DNA of 64,000 nucleotides from Symsagittifera roscoffensis (Eukaryota): NCBI RefSeq assembly GCF_963678635.1, contig NC_087064.1, positions 46,113,437 to 46,177,436 of the forward strand, read 5' to 3'. Shown piece by piece: positions 1 to 11,700 of this stretch (position 1 is its first letter; each line of letters starts with the position of its first letter). The notes under the pieces were generated by a model. It saw only the letters and a program-made list of their open reading frames with translations, ran no database searches and was not told where the DNA came from. The position numbers and the translations under genes were made by a program.

Positions 1-1590
1 CCCCCAGGTAACTGGGAGATCAGCCCTCCACCAACCGCCAGCATTGATGACAACCTGGAGCTAACAATGAATGACACCTGAGAAGAACTCAATCAGTTAG
101 ACACCTCAAAGTCGCCTGGACCAGATGGAGTTCATCCTAAGGTCCTATTTGAATTACCAGAGTTCATCTTAAAACCACTTTTGATTATTTTCCAAACCTC
201 TTGGGAGACAAGCAAATTAGCCGAAGACTGGAAGTTGGCTAACTTTTCTGCAATATTCAAAAAAAGGTAAAAAAAAATCGATGGCAGATAACTACAGACC
301 AATCAGTTTAACATCAATATGTTGCAAGTTGTTCGAAAGCATTTAATGGATCATTTCAATGAAGAAGGGCTAATAACAAATGCACAATACGGTTTTCGAT
401 CTGAACGTTCACTGAACTTACAACTCCTGGCCTGGAAGTAATTGATGACTTCACCAGGGCAATAGACAAACATGAAATTGTCGACGTGATATACTTAGAC
501 TTCAAGAAAGCCTTCGATTCGGTACCACGCAAAAGACTGATCGGAGTTCTTAGACAGTATGGAGTAATTGGAAGAACCTTGAACTGGGTAACAGACTTTC
601 TTTCGGGACGACAACAGAGAGTGGTAATTAACGATTCAAGATCCTCATGGTAGCCAGTAAAAAGTGGGATACCCCAGGGTTCAGTACTCCGCCCTGTACT
701 GTTTTTAATATACATCAACACAATGCCGGACAAAATAGCGACAAAAATATATCTATTTGCTGACGATGCGAAACTATACCGTCAAATTGAAGACAAATCG
801 GATAAACGCAAACATGAAGATTTACAGTCACTAGAAACTTGGTTTGGCCAAAGTCTTTTGTCTGTTAATATCGACAAATGTGTTCATATGACAATAGGAA
901 CCAAGAAATTGGATAAGGAGAGGAACTATAAAATCAATGGCGAAAACATTTAAGAAGTGCAACTCGAAAAAGACCTGGGTATCTGGCTTGACAACAAACT
1001 GACATTCGAAACACACATCACTAAAAAAGCCAATAAGCCAAACGGCATGATAGCAGTAATTAAGAAAAGCTTCACTAAAGTCACGAAACAAGTATTTTTA
1101 AACATCTACAAATGCTTGATACGGCCACACCTCGAATTTGCGAACTTAATCTGGCACCCAAGGTTGATCAAGTATCAAAAGATCTTGGAAAACGTACAAA
1201 GAAGAGCAAAGCGTCTAGTTAGTGGTATAAAAAATCTATCCTATTACGAACGCCTTAAAGAACTGAATATATCATCGCTGGAATACAGAAGGAAAAGAGG
1301 GACAATGATAGAAATGTATAAAATCTGCTAGGGTTTTTATGATAGGAATGCCACTGCGGGACTATTCGAGCGGAATGATAGGGATTCTAGAGGTAACGCA
1401 TGTAAAGTAGTAGTACGTAAAGCAAATCTAGAAATGCGAAAAAATTTCTTCACGGTAAGAGCACCTCTCGACTGGATTAATCTGCCACAGGAAACAGTGC
1501 AAAGCAAGACCATCGACGAATTCAAGTGGAAACTGGACAAACATTGGAAAGCGATTGGAATTGACATGTACGAATTCGAACGGAGATAGG
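1..1590 (+). mobile_element. 5'-truncated CR1/L2-like non-LTR retrotransposon fragment (LINE-A): ORF2 reverse-transcriptase C-terminal half, decayed by frameshifts and stops
   Basis: Translation on + strand gives LINE RT hallmarks in shifting frames: GPDGVHPKVL, DWKLANxxAIFKK, NYRPISLTS, YGFRSxRS, FADD (LFADDAKLY), and the CR1-type C-terminal tail FFTVRAPLDWINLPQETVQSKTIDEFKWKLDKHW ending near 1587. Confidence 0.8.
723..1331 (+). pseudogene. RT-domain remnant of LINE-A (two ORF pieces 723-953 and 957-1331 separated by an in-frame stop)
   Basis: ORF track peptides contain FADD motif region and downstream thumb-like segment typical of CR1/L2 ORF2. Confidence 0.7.
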
Positions 1591-2372
1591 AAAGAACATT
1601 TGAAATGACCACAAGAGGCACTGCCTAACGGTCATAAAAAAACTTGACTTGACAAAATTTGGAGTTGCAGCAAACAGAGTTTAAAAATTGGTTTGATTTA
1701 GCAGCAAAATATAAATTCAAATATGGTGTTGGTTTCTGTTTCCTCGCAAAATAGAATCCACGCACAATTCAGCCCATTTTACAAATAAGGGATTTAGAAG
1801 GCACCAGATTTAGTTGCAAAAATTAGAGAAAATTTGAAAACGGTTGTTTCTGTCTACGTAGTCTCTCCTTCTTTGAAGTTTTTTTATTGTTTCTTCAAAC
1901 CGACAGAGAATATTTTCAGCTTATATAGGGAGCAAAATGATATTTTGATGTCTCTTTATTGAGTTATTAATGACGTCGTGCTAGTTCTTCCGATAGTAAT
2001 CTTTCTAATTTTTTCACGTCTCCCGTTTACCCGCTTACCAGCAGGTTCTGAGGGATTTTAAGGAAGTTCTTGGTTGGCGTTGAAGCTAAGGCCAATTTTC
2101 GTCTTAGTAACTCTCGCATATCAAAATACGAAAAGACTTGACTGTGCCTTTCAGTAAGCTTGCTCTCATACAAAAAAAACACAAATGCCGGCCTCTGAAA
2201 TCCCTTCTTAGAAAGGGCTATTCAATCCAAAGTATCTGCAATTTTAATCTGAAACAAATTAAAAAGTTGCAAGAATTTGTTTTTCTTTCTTCTGAAGAAT
2301 TTGATTTGGATCAATGAAGATTAAAATAACAGCAGAACAAAATTTACGAGGGGAGCTTTTTTTGGAAAAATT

Positions 2373-2592
2373 TTTAAATATTCAAGTCCCCACAAACATT
2401 ACATTGAACAACACTTGCAATTGTTTAAAAATATTTTCATGTACTTGCACTGTATTCAATGAGAGTTTTGTTACAGAATAAGAAAAATCCGTATTGCCGA
2501 AAAAAAAATTAAATAAATATATTCTTTTCTAAATTTTCAAGCCCCCCTGAAACTACCTTGAACACGTGTACTTGCAACTACATTGATAATTG
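2373..2592. repeat. Imperfect ~60-bp direct repeat pair in an AT-rich non-coding stretch; possibly 5' UTR or promoter repeats of LINE-B
   Basis: aaatattcaagtccccacaaacattacattgaacaacacttgcaattg (about 2373-2420) recurs as aaattttcaagcccccctgaaactaccttgaacacgtgtacttgcaactacattgataattg (about 2530-2592). Confidence 0.35.
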
Positions 2593-3252
2593 CTTACAGC
2601 ACAGGCAAAATCCACAATAAAGCAATTGAGCTGACTGGAATTGAGAGGACAAACGAAGGTCCGCCAATTAGAGAGCAAAGGCAACAACGTTAACTCAAAA
2701 CCAATAGCAATCTAACTTAGAAATTTTTAGGCTTCAATAATCAACAGGTCACTTTTTTCAACAGAAAACATATTTTAAAAATAGAATTTTGCGAACCTCA
2801 CGCTTTTGCTTCATTAATTTTACATCAATGCACAAACCGAGCATTAAACTAAATTCTTGAGCTTTAAAAATGAACAAGTCAAAAAAGCAAGTAACATTTG
2901 TAAGATATTTTGTTTAGGGGAAAAACAAAGTCTAGTTCCTGATTACAAGACACTTACTATCGCAATCGTAATGATGCTATTCAGTCTGTTTTTAGTAGAA
3001 AACCAAGTGGTCTAGGGAAATCGAGCCCCAGCCATGCAGTTATTCTGAATGTACACGAAAGCTAGAAAAAAAACGTTCGGCAGTTCCTACACAATTTTTG
3101 TCCTTTGTATCCCAAAAGTATCTCAATAGGTCGAGATAGTGAAAAAGATAAGGACTAAAGTTATTTGACGTTTATCAAATGAAATTGTTTCGCCTTCAGT
3201 CAAAGTATTAAATAGTTTCAGATACTTGAAATGTTTACCGGGGTAGCAATGG

Positions 3253-3855
3253 TTGCCCCGCGATAAAATGTCCGACAGAAGATATCACTTGCTCAAGACA
3301 TCATCTTCAAAAAATCTCCTGATTGCGGATTCTCAAGCACGCCATCTTGATTTTCCAAATTTCAATATCTTGTCCCTACCTGGGGCCCGGATTAGTGCGG
3401 TCCAAAACTTCTTACCCGAGAAAGACAAATTCAACATCATCGCTCTGCTCATCGGCGGAAACGACGCCTTCAACGGAAAAGACCCCTCCAGTATACCTGC
3501 AGCCGACATTGCTGAAGAACTGTCGAAGCTAGCCGAGGAGCTGTGTGAACGAGCCAAAAAAGTTTTCGTCATCGGAATCCCTCATCGTAGTGAGAACCGA
3601 GCTCGATCTGCAAAAATAAACGAATTCATAAGAAAGATAAAAGGAACTTGGAAGTTTAGAGGAGTGAGTGAAAAAATCCACAGCTCATATCATTTGAAAA
3701 CTGACGAAGTGCACCTCAGTGAAGAAGGTCTGAAGGGCATTAAAAGTATTCTCAAGAATAAAATCTTATACGATAAACATTCGAACATCTGCAATACAGA
3801 AGGACATCTGGTATATTACGAGTGTCGTTTCAAGAACTGTCAGTGCCCCTATTAA
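3253..3855 (+). CDS. SGNH/GDSL-family esterase-domain ORF, upstream ORF of the CR1-like element LINE-B
   Basis: 200-aa ORF with SGNH blocks: IADSQARHL (block I-like), LIGGNDAF (GxND block III), DEVHLSEEG (DxxH block V). It lies immediately upstream and in the same orientation as the PHD-containing ORF1. CR1-like LINEs with esterase plus PHD ORF1 modules are a described class. Confidence 0.7.
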   Translation: MPRDKMSDRRYHLLKTSSSKNLLIADSQARHLDFPNFNILSLPGARISAVQNFLPEKDKFNIIALLIGGNDAFNGKDPSSIPAADIAEELSKLAEELCERAKKVFVIGIPHRSENRARSAKINEFIRKIKGTWKFRGVSEKIHSSYHLKTDEVHLSEEGLKGIKSILKNKILYDKHSNICNTEGHLVYYECRFKNCQCPY

Positions 3856-3872
3856 CGTAAGTAGAAATAGTG

Positions 3873-3975
3873 AACCGCAGGCCTCCCCTTTTCGGGAACC
3901 ACCAGGTTTGTCTATTTTTTCTTTTTCCCCTGAGTGAGCCACAGGCCTCCCCTTTTCGGGAACCACCAGGTTTAA
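3873..3975. repeat. About 35-bp direct repeat x2 between the esterase ORF and ORF1 of LINE-B
   Basis: ccgcaggcctccccttttcgggaaccaccaggttt and ccacaggcctccccttttcgggaaccaccaggttt separated by about 30 bp. Confidence 0.6.
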
Positions 3976-4004
3976 CTGTTTTTCTAGCCATAGTATAAGC
4001 AAAA

Positions 4005-4370
4005 ATGGGCAAAAACTGCAAAACATGTAAAAGAGGCTTTGCCGGCAACGAGAAAACATACACTTGTGCCGCATGCAGCGCTCAAATGCATTTGGAACCA
4101 ACTTGTGTTGGGTTGTCTCTAGTGGCCATAAATGGAATAAAAGAACTAGGGCCGAATGCCATGTTGCTTTGTAATACTTGTGTGCAAAATAATGAACGAG
4201 ACAACTTTATAAGATGCAAAACCCTGGCCAACATAGACGAAAAGCTCTCAAACATTGATGTAACTGAAAGCCTTAAAAGCATGGAAAGAAGACTTGCCGA
4301 TTTAGTAGATCAAAAAATTGGAAATGCAATGAAAACGACATGCGATAAAGTGGAAAAAACTTATAGTGCC
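4005..4370 (+). CDS. LINE-B ORF1, 5' part (PHD-type zinc finger); interrupted at 4370/4371 by insertion of LTR element copy 2
   Basis: CKTCKRGF...YTCAACSAQMH...LLCNTCV Cys/His spacing of a PHD-like finger. The frame continues exactly in phase into 39533-40063 once the inserted element and one copy of the GCC duplication are removed. The listed ORF tail 4371-4490 is read-through into the LTR and not genuine. Confidence 0.7.
4368..4370. other. Target-site duplication GCC of LTR element copy 2 (left copy; right copy at 39530-39532)
   Basis: ...atagtGCC|TGTAACTTTCG at the left end and GGCACA|GCCgttgtag at the right end; both copies are complete in-phase codons of LINE-B ORF1. Confidence 0.65.
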
Positions 4371-4856
4371 TGTAACTTTCGCCCAAATATCACACAGCGA
4401 CGGAGCGTAGAAAAAGTACCTATTAACGACTGGCAGGCGTCAGTTACCTTAATCCTACTCGTTTTTCACCGTCTCGACCTTGCTAGTTGATTTTCTGGTC
4501 TGTTTAGGGCAAGGTAAAAAGTTACCATTTTTAGGCCATCAGTCAAACGACTTTTGATCAGCTTTCGTTTACATGCGAACACAACCACATAGCTGAGTCT
4601 CGGATCCTCAGACTACATGATTGTCATTAAAAACACGGCTCGAACAACCTATTTTTATATGTTTTTGTGTGACAGTTCTATATTAAATCCATTGGAGATG
4701 GATTGACCCTTTCCCTTTCTTAGCTACTCATGCTCTGAAATAATAAATAATAACGGTGTTAATTAAGATCTATGACATTATAGCAGCTATATAGTCAGTC
4801 TATATAGTCCCTTCACATAGACAGTCTCTGGGGGACCAAGCCTCCGTTCCCGTAAT
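4371..4856 (-). repeat. Copy 2 3' LTR, left segment (resumes at 27510-27906 after the copy 1 insertion)
   Basis: Near-identical to 38647-39131. Confidence 0.8.
4854..4856. other. Target-site duplication AAT of copy 1 (second copy at 27507-27509)
   Basis: The uninterrupted homologous site at 39125-39140 reads cccgtaatattcttga. With the insertion it reads cccgtAAT[element]AATattcttga. Confidence 0.75.
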
Positions 4857-5740
4857 TGTAACATTCGTCTACTGCAGTCACACATGAGGCTTAAGAAAAA
4901 TAGGCCCTATAACCACTGGCTCAAGGGTCAGGGACACCATCTCTTGTGTTTTTCTACCTCAAGAACGGTCGGAGCCAGTTCGGTTCGTTTGTGACATGAG
5001 ACTACGACCCGTTACAGCTTAAAGGCTACTACTAAAATATCCCCCCACTCTAGAATTAGAAACGTCCCCATACTTAGGTCTCTAGATACCCAAAATACAT
5101 GAACGCCGTTAAAAACCGGGTTGGAACAATCCGTTAAGTTACTTTTTATTAGACAGTGTAACTTTGATCCATTTCAGATGGATCAACCTAAAACTCGCCT
5201 TACCTCAACATAACAATTATAAAACACACTCTAGAAATTTAAATTAGTACTCACATTGTAGCACACTCAAGAAGGGGAAGTACTTCAGTCGGTAATTAAC
5301 TCAAGAATTAAATAATGTAACTAAATGAGTTTTAATGTTTATCAGTTTCAATAACGAGGACAAGTCTTAACTCTAGGATATAGTTTCTCCTAAACCATTG
5401 GGACACTCAAGTTGTCCACCTTTCCGTCGAAGGTTCACTCTGGTCCAGCTCAAATAATCGTTCTCTCGGGAATACTCTGTCTTCTATTTCAGATGGGACA
5501 GCTCTACTCTTGTTCACTATGATGGAAATTGCGAATAGCAATTTCCTACCGATTTCTCTTGCAACTTTCCCGCGTTTTTCACTCGAACGTTCTGACTTCT
5601 CTTTTCTGATTTTCAGTTATCGCGAGAAAATCGTGCATGACAGGTTCCATTCGAAATTTAGAAAAATTAAATTTCACTCCAAAATCAAGTGTTTTTTGCT
5701 TCTCTCAAGGTCAAACTTCCGAATATGACCGACTGGCACA
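4857..5740 (-). repeat. Copy 1 3' LTR (884 bp; TGTAACATTCG...GACTGGCACA on the + strand)
   Basis: Direct repeat of 26623-27506. Confidence 0.9.
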
Positions 5741-5752
5741 TACTCCCCGGAC
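5741..5752 (-). promoter_or_regulatory. Candidate polypurine tract of copy 1 (minus-strand GTCCGGGGAGTA immediately 5' of the 3' LTR)
   Basis: The same 12-mer tactccccggac also abuts the 3' LTR of copy 2 at 27907-27918 even though the two LTR bodies differ. Confidence 0.5.
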
Positions 5753-6169
5753 TCGAGATCGATGTCCTCATCGCGTGCTGTCTTCTGCCAGTGAGTCCCA
5801 GAAAACCGAGTGTTACTCAAGATACAGTGCCAGTGGTCATTTACAGAAGTTTGCAGCAGACTTAAGCTTATCTACACCCCAAAATTCACAGCCATGTAAA
5901 ATTTTCACACTATCGCTAAACAGCAATCAAAATCTGCACACACCTGCACCCTTGAATTCTTGCTTTCCAAGCCAATCATTTAAAATTTCTTTTGTCCTAT
6001 TCAATCAGGAAATTGTCATGCAGCATTTTGATTCATATAATAAATATAGTATATTAATAACAATATTTGCTTTGTTAAAACTTCTTTTTCGTGAATCCAA
6101 GTTTCACCCGGATCCACGCTCAAGCCCCCTTTCCCCTCTCAAGACTCAAGATCCATACGAGCCACCCAC

Positions 6170-8773
6170 TCATCTCGCACTCTTCGCCTTGGAGGTACTA
6201 CACCCTGAAGTACTAGATACGGCAAACTGTCTCAACAGCTCCTCTTCATCATCGGAGCTAATCACAATCTCCTCCCAAGCCTTCAGCTGCTCGTAGGATC
6301 GCATCCATTCTCTTTGCTCTTGCAACCTCTTTGCTTGGTTGGGTAGTGCCTTCACCCTAGATTCCCGGTTCAAACAAAAGGAGTTGTGCAGGCTCAAGCT
6401 CACGTTCTTCGCCAGGTCCTCCTCTAGTATCGATTCCCTCGCCTTGGTATTGTCTCTAGACATTTTACCCACTCTCTTCCATCCTGTCGTGATTGCATTA
6501 CGATGGGTTAACAGGGGTCTCTTGAAAGCTTCCGGCCCAATCTCGGCCTGGAACTGTCGATACTCCTTTTGATGTTTTCTCATGTGATCTTTCGTTGTCA
6601 TGTACAACCAGGACGTCAGCGTCGCCCGAAACCATGGGAAGTACCTCAAACGGCTCCAGACATGTCTGACTTCCGTTGGTATGGCGAATACCTTGCACGC
6701 AGTCTCAAACAACTCGAGTCTCCTACTGTAGTCTATCGCGTATATTGACTCTGCCGTTGGCGTCCCCGCTTCCCGATACTTCGTTATATTCTCTTCTATC
6801 CATCTCAGAGCCAAGATCGTACTCACTACCAAGATCGTCACCTTCTGTCGGTGATCCGGTAGTCCGATCGACCGGATTTCTTCCATATCCCACACCAGGC
6901 AAAGGTTCTTGTGATCTGGATACCACACCGTTTGCGCTAAACAGTGGCATGGGCATTCTCCATGGGTGATTTCAATGCTCCTGAGGTTACGCTCCCCCGA
7001 GGCTTCCAAGAGAGGCTCAAGCTCCATCATTTTCTCATGCATCGTGTCGTTATCTTCCAGGTTTGGAGCACTTCCCACAGGTTTTCCGATCACGTTTTGT
7101 CTCTCGTGATCGCTTGTGTTCTCTCTCTCCAACTTCAAAAGTTCTTCTCCCCAGATTTCACTCAAGTCATCTCTCAATTCTTTTGGTACTGTCCCTCTGA
7201 TTTTTCTCAACAACTTGTGCGAGTGATGCGATATCCGAGCCAACCTCACGCACTTGGGCACTGAGAAGGCCTTGTCCACCAGTACTCTCTGGCTGGATGC
7301 TTCCACCATCACCATGTGCAGTGGGTAGTGACTTCCGCACAAGTTGGCCATCATTGACCCTATCAGCGATTTCGCGTTCAATGGCAAGCCATAAGCTTCG
7401 CTCATGGGAAATCCCATTTCCGCCTCGAGACCAACCTTCCAGCTCCGGATGTGTTTTTGAGTCACCTGCAACACCCCGGGCCATGATTCTACGCTCAACG
7501 CCGTCACTAAATGATGTTCAGATTCTAGTCTTTCCAGTGACTGCAGACTACACATTCTCGAGAAGAATCCGAGAGCTGTCGCTATATTCACCATGGTTCT
7601 CGCGTAACACTCCGCTACTATTTGCACTTCACTTTTCTCCCTTTCTGTTATGTCTTCGAACCAAGTGACCAGGTCTTCTTTTTGAAATGACAGTATTCTA
7701 ACGCATGACCGTCCATCGCAGGTGTGCTCTCCGTTTCCACACGTCGAATCCAGACAGCTACCCGGCTCCAATTTCTTTGCTGACCCGGGATTACTAGTCT
7801 TTTCGCCTGGCTCTTGCATCTGAGGTGAAATTAGCTTATGCAGCACACTCAACTTTGCCAGATCTTCATCTTCCGTTGGTGCTAACCTCACTCGCTCGGT
7901 GGTTTCTTCGATCAGACTCGCGTGGGGATGTGGACACCAGGAGGGTCTTAATAGCTTCCATACCACTCCCAAGTTCGTGGTTAACAAGCCATTTCCATCG
8001 CCCATGTTCACTTCAACTCTCTTGTTTGAATGCGGTATGCTCACCACCTCTGGTGTTTTCTCAAGAATCAGGCCCAGGCTCGGCCCCTCTGTTTCCACCG
8101 CGTCTATTTCCATCATTCTTTCTGTCCAAAACTTCAGTAGCTCCGCTACCTCATGGTTCCTGTGGGCGCCTCCAGCTTCCGAGTCTAAGAAGGGGTTGTA
8201 GGCCATTCCCATCACTCCAGACACATATTGGTATTCCCCCTTCTCGCTGATTCTCGAGTACTGCTCTGACGAGGCCAGGTTACGGTGAACATCATGTTCT
8301 TCTTCGAACTTCTTATTATAAAACCTCCGTACCTCGTCTAGCTTCCTATGGTTCTGTAGGGATAGTCTGGAACCCTCTTCCTTTTCTATTCCTGTGCTCT
8401 GATACACGTTCAAGATGACCGTTGAGACTCTTTTTTCCATGGTTTTGCTTACGCTTGCTCTCTGTTGGCATGCCAGGATGGTGCTATCAGACATCATCGA
8501 CCTTATCCATCTCAAGAAACACGTGGCATCCTTTCTTCTGGCCAGGCTCAAGCCTGAGTTGTCCCTGGCTACGTGTTGCATCAGTGCCTGATACACATCT
8601 AGCTTCTTGCTTCCCAACTTCAGCCTGTCATACGAGGTCAGTGTTTCCAACTCTATCCCCACCAGACTCCAGGTGAACATTAATTGTCCTGCAGTTCTAA
8701 CGAAGGGATTCGCCATTAATGGTGGTGCTGATGAGGGTGTCCTCATTGCTTCTTCAAAATGATCCTTCAACAA
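6170..8773 (-). CDS. ORF3 C-terminal segment (867 codons) of copy 1; function unknown
   Basis: Long open frame. Its N-terminal, middle and C-terminal parts recur in copy 3 (62867-63467) and its last about 220 aa in copy 2 (28652-29323). It is separated from the upstream 1607-codon segment only by one in-frame TAG at 8780-8782, where copy 3 has a TGG (Trp) codon. Confidence 0.75.
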   Translation of the reverse strand: MLKDHFEEAMRTPSSAPPLMANPFVRTAGQLMFTWSLVGIELETLTSYDRLKLGSKKLDVYQALMQHVARDNSGLSLARRKDATCFLRWIRSMMSDSTILACQQRASVSKTMEKRVSTVILNVYQSTGIEKEEGSRLSLQNHRKLDEVRRFYNKKFEEEHDVHRNLASSEQYSRISEKGEYQYVSGVMGMAYNPFLDSEAGGAHRNHEVAELLKFWTERMMEIDAVETEGPSLGLILEKTPEVVSIPHSNKRVEVNMGDGNGLLTTNLGVVWKLLRPSWCPHPHASLIEETTERVRLAPTEDEDLAKLSVLHKLISPQMQEPGEKTSNPGSAKKLEPGSCLDSTCGNGEHTCDGRSCVRILSFQKEDLVTWFEDITEREKSEVQIVAECYARTMVNIATALGFFSRMCSLQSLERLESEHHLVTALSVESWPGVLQVTQKHIRSWKVGLEAEMGFPMSEAYGLPLNAKSLIGSMMANLCGSHYPLHMVMVEASSQRVLVDKAFSVPKCVRLARISHHSHKLLRKIRGTVPKELRDDLSEIWGEELLKLERENTSDHERQNVIGKPVGSAPNLEDNDTMHEKMMELEPLLEASGERNLRSIEITHGECPCHCLAQTVWYPDHKNLCLVWDMEEIRSIGLPDHRQKVTILVVSTILALRWIEENITKYREAGTPTAESIYAIDYSRRLELFETACKVFAIPTEVRHVWSRLRYFPWFRATLTSWLYMTTKDHMRKHQKEYRQFQAEIGPEAFKRPLLTHRNAITTGWKRVGKMSRDNTKARESILEEDLAKNVSLSLHNSFCLNRESRVKALPNQAKRLQEQREWMRSYEQLKAWEEIVISSDDEEELLRQFAVSSTSGCSTSKAKSAR

Positions 8774-8779
8774 ACTCTG

Positions 8780-11700
8780 CTAGGACCTCTTCAGATGATT
8801 TGCCATTTCTATTCTATTAACCTCGGCCTTTTGCTGGGTGGCCCAATTACGTCGCTTGCGAGCTACTCCACTGTCCAACTTCTTCCAGCAGTCCTCCATT
8901 TCTTTCAATGTTTCAAGGGCCACCCACCACGTCCGGGAGGTGTTCCTCGTCTTGTTCCTTTCCAATGGATCACTTGTCACTCGCTTGCCCGTGGCCTGGT
9001 GTGCCTTCGAGATCCATTCTTTGCCGACATCTACTTCCCATGTCTGTCCGTTCGTTGAACCTCTCTTCACGTTTATCTTCTGAGGCTTGAAGTCTTCCCC
9101 CGATGTCGAACTGGTGGAAACCTCTATTTCCCTCTCTACTTCAAGTGGTCTTCTGAGCTCCGAGCTGCTCTTGTATGCCGCCGTCTTGCATCGAGCCAAA
9201 ACCATGGGCGCCGTCTCTCTCAAGTTTCCTTCCGAAACAGCATCCACTGAAGGACTACCCAATCCTTCCACTTCTCTCTTCCTCTTGCGAGTCTTCACAT
9301 CTCTACTTGAGGGTGTTGTGGCTACCATCACTGATTCGACCTCTCCATCCACTCCTTCCAACTCTTGCCTCCCCCCTGCTCGAGCCTTAAGGATATTAGT
9401 ACTTTTAATCATATTACTAGTCCCAACCTTATCCCTTTTTATATCATCAACCATTTTATCTACAGTTTTTTGTCTCCGAGTAGAGCTGTCCTCACATTTT
9501 TCTTCTCTAGTCTTCGATCGTGAATTCCTCAGCTCTACCAGCTTGCTCAGTAGCTCTTTTCTCGCCTTCTCATCCAGGCCCGTCCCTATCAGAAGCGGTT
9601 CTCCAAATCTTACGACTGTGTCCCACAGTTCCTCCTTGAATTTGTCCAGCGTCGTCTCGCTGCCCACTTCTTGATTGAATTCTTCCAAGAACTCCTGCCA
9701 AGCATCGTCCTTCAGTGATCCCAGGAATATGTCCCTGTTCCCTTCGAAAGTGTTCTTTTCCCTTTCCTCCGAGCTCAAGAGTATCATCCCCATATTGAAG
9801 GTCTCACTTGCCAATGGCAATTCCAGATCCTTCCGGGGGGACGGAATCAGGGGTGGTGTGGCAGTATCTGCCCAATTCTCCTCGCTCAAGTCTTTCAACA
9901 GCTCTTGAGTGGTGAGCTCCTCCCCTGATGGCCCTGGTTCAGGCGTATTCCCCACTTCCATGTCTTCACCGGCTTCACTGAGAGTTTCATCCATACTCTC
10001 TTCTTCTGACTCATGTCTCCTTCTCTCGAGAATTTTCTTAAATCGGTCCTCGACGGGTCCACTCCTCTTGTCTCCAGGCGTGTCCACGGACAGTGGTGAT
10101 GGTGTCGTAGGATCCAGCTTTTTGTATTCCGTCAGTGCTACATGCAGTTGACCTGCTGCATCTAGTTCTGTTCCCTCCTGTCTTATTTCCACCTGTTCCA
10201 AGCCATAGGGTGCCTTATATTTTCTCGTGGCAAATTTCATGTCGTCCACCAATGCGACGTGCCCCTCCATCACGATCATCCTGCCATCATCCCATATGGG
10301 TAACATGTTCTCAAGTCCCTCCTTCTCTAGAGTTCTCAAGACCTTCCGCGCCTCATACCCTGGGGGCTGCGAACCTCTACTCTTTTTCGCTTGCGTCGTC
10401 CACGAATTTACCTTCATCTCGCTGGTATGGAAGTAGACCGCCGCCGTGTAGCCAATGAACAGGGGGTCCCAGCCATCAGTGAAATCCTTCTGCATTTCCT
10501 CCGTCGTCATCCTCGCCATTATGGAGGGAACTACCAAGGGACTATTCATTCCTAAGGTCATCCTCCTGACTATTGGGAACTCAGGCATGGTGGCTGGGAG
10601 GATTTCTTTCTCCATTATGGTCTCCAGCTCCCTCTTCACCAGTGCGAAGCACTCCTTCCAGGCAGGAATTCTCAAGATTTCTCGTCCGTCCGCCGTCAAT
10701 GGGTTCAAGTTCCAGAATTTGGTATACATTTCGATGGGACCCTCTCGCTTGCCTCCCATTCTACATTGCATTTGCCCCCTGAAGTTGTACACTATTAGCT
10801 CGGCATCTTTCACCTTTCCAAAGAGTACCGTGTTGCTCATTCGCCCTCTGAGCACCTCCTGCTGACACCAATTTAACGCCGTCCCATCCAGTATACTGAT
10901 AAGACTCAAGTGCGTTACAGAGTGACGATACGTTGTCACCAGGGGGTCTGGGAACGCGTACGTCACTGCTGGACCATAAATGCAGGTCACCACCTCCTCT
11001 AGGCCCCGGATTATCCCCATTGGGTCCGACCTCATTGCCAGGCATAGGTCCGTCAGCAGAGGCATCCCTCTGTTCGTCTTCTTCCATTCTTCTCTCGAAG
11101 TTGGATTCTCATCTTCACCCGTCATGTGCCGATTTTGCATCATGAGGTATTGTACTAGCAACGTCTTCAACCCTGCGGCACACTTGTAGGAGCTGGTTTC
11201 AATGCTCGTGTGGACTCTCCCCATAGACAGAGGCTCTCCATATTCCATTAATCGATGAAACGACACCAATTCCCCATGGGTCAAGAGTACTAGTGCCAGG
11301 TACCCATCAACTCGAAGTGTCTCCACTCCCCGACTAAACATGTATGCTGGGCCCATGTTGAACAAGTATCTGGGGTAGACCAAATACAGGGCCAAGAGCA
11401 GGCTGATGGGCATGCCCAGTATCTCCTGCACGAAGGCTCCAAAGATAGTCGCCGTGGTACCGAATATTCCTGCCAAGAATTCCTTCTCCCAGCAAGGACT
11501 CAAGAACTTGAGAATCTCGTAATCCCTCCTAGTCTTTAACTTGCCTTTGGCGTGCTCTCTCCAGAACCCTCCAATCGTCACTTCATTGGCGGCCGAGACA
11601 AATCTAGCCACCGTCATGTCTCTTGTTTCGGCCAGCTCCAGTTGTTTCTCCAGAAAACTCCAGACTTGTTTCACGAGGGGTGGTGCTTCCTCCCTTGTCT

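Noticed and set aside
1590-3250. Possible gene or RNA in the AT-rich gap between LINE-A and the esterase ORF
   Set aside because: No ORF over 60 codons and no tRNA-like cloverleaf or rRNA similarity recognised. Most likely LINE-B 5' UTR or other repeat-derived non-coding DNA.
4371-4490. The C-terminal about 40 aa of the 4005-4490 ORF as part of LINE-B ORF1
   Set aside because: This part is chance read-through into the LTR of copy 2. The genuine ORF1 continues at 39533.
6339-8250. Plus-strand ORFs of 77-141 aa overlapping the minus-strand ORF3 (for example 6339-6572, 7297-7668, 7825-8250)
   Set aside because: They are antisense to a long conserved coding frame and have low-complexity, Ser/Pro/Leu-rich composition typical of spurious antisense ORFs.
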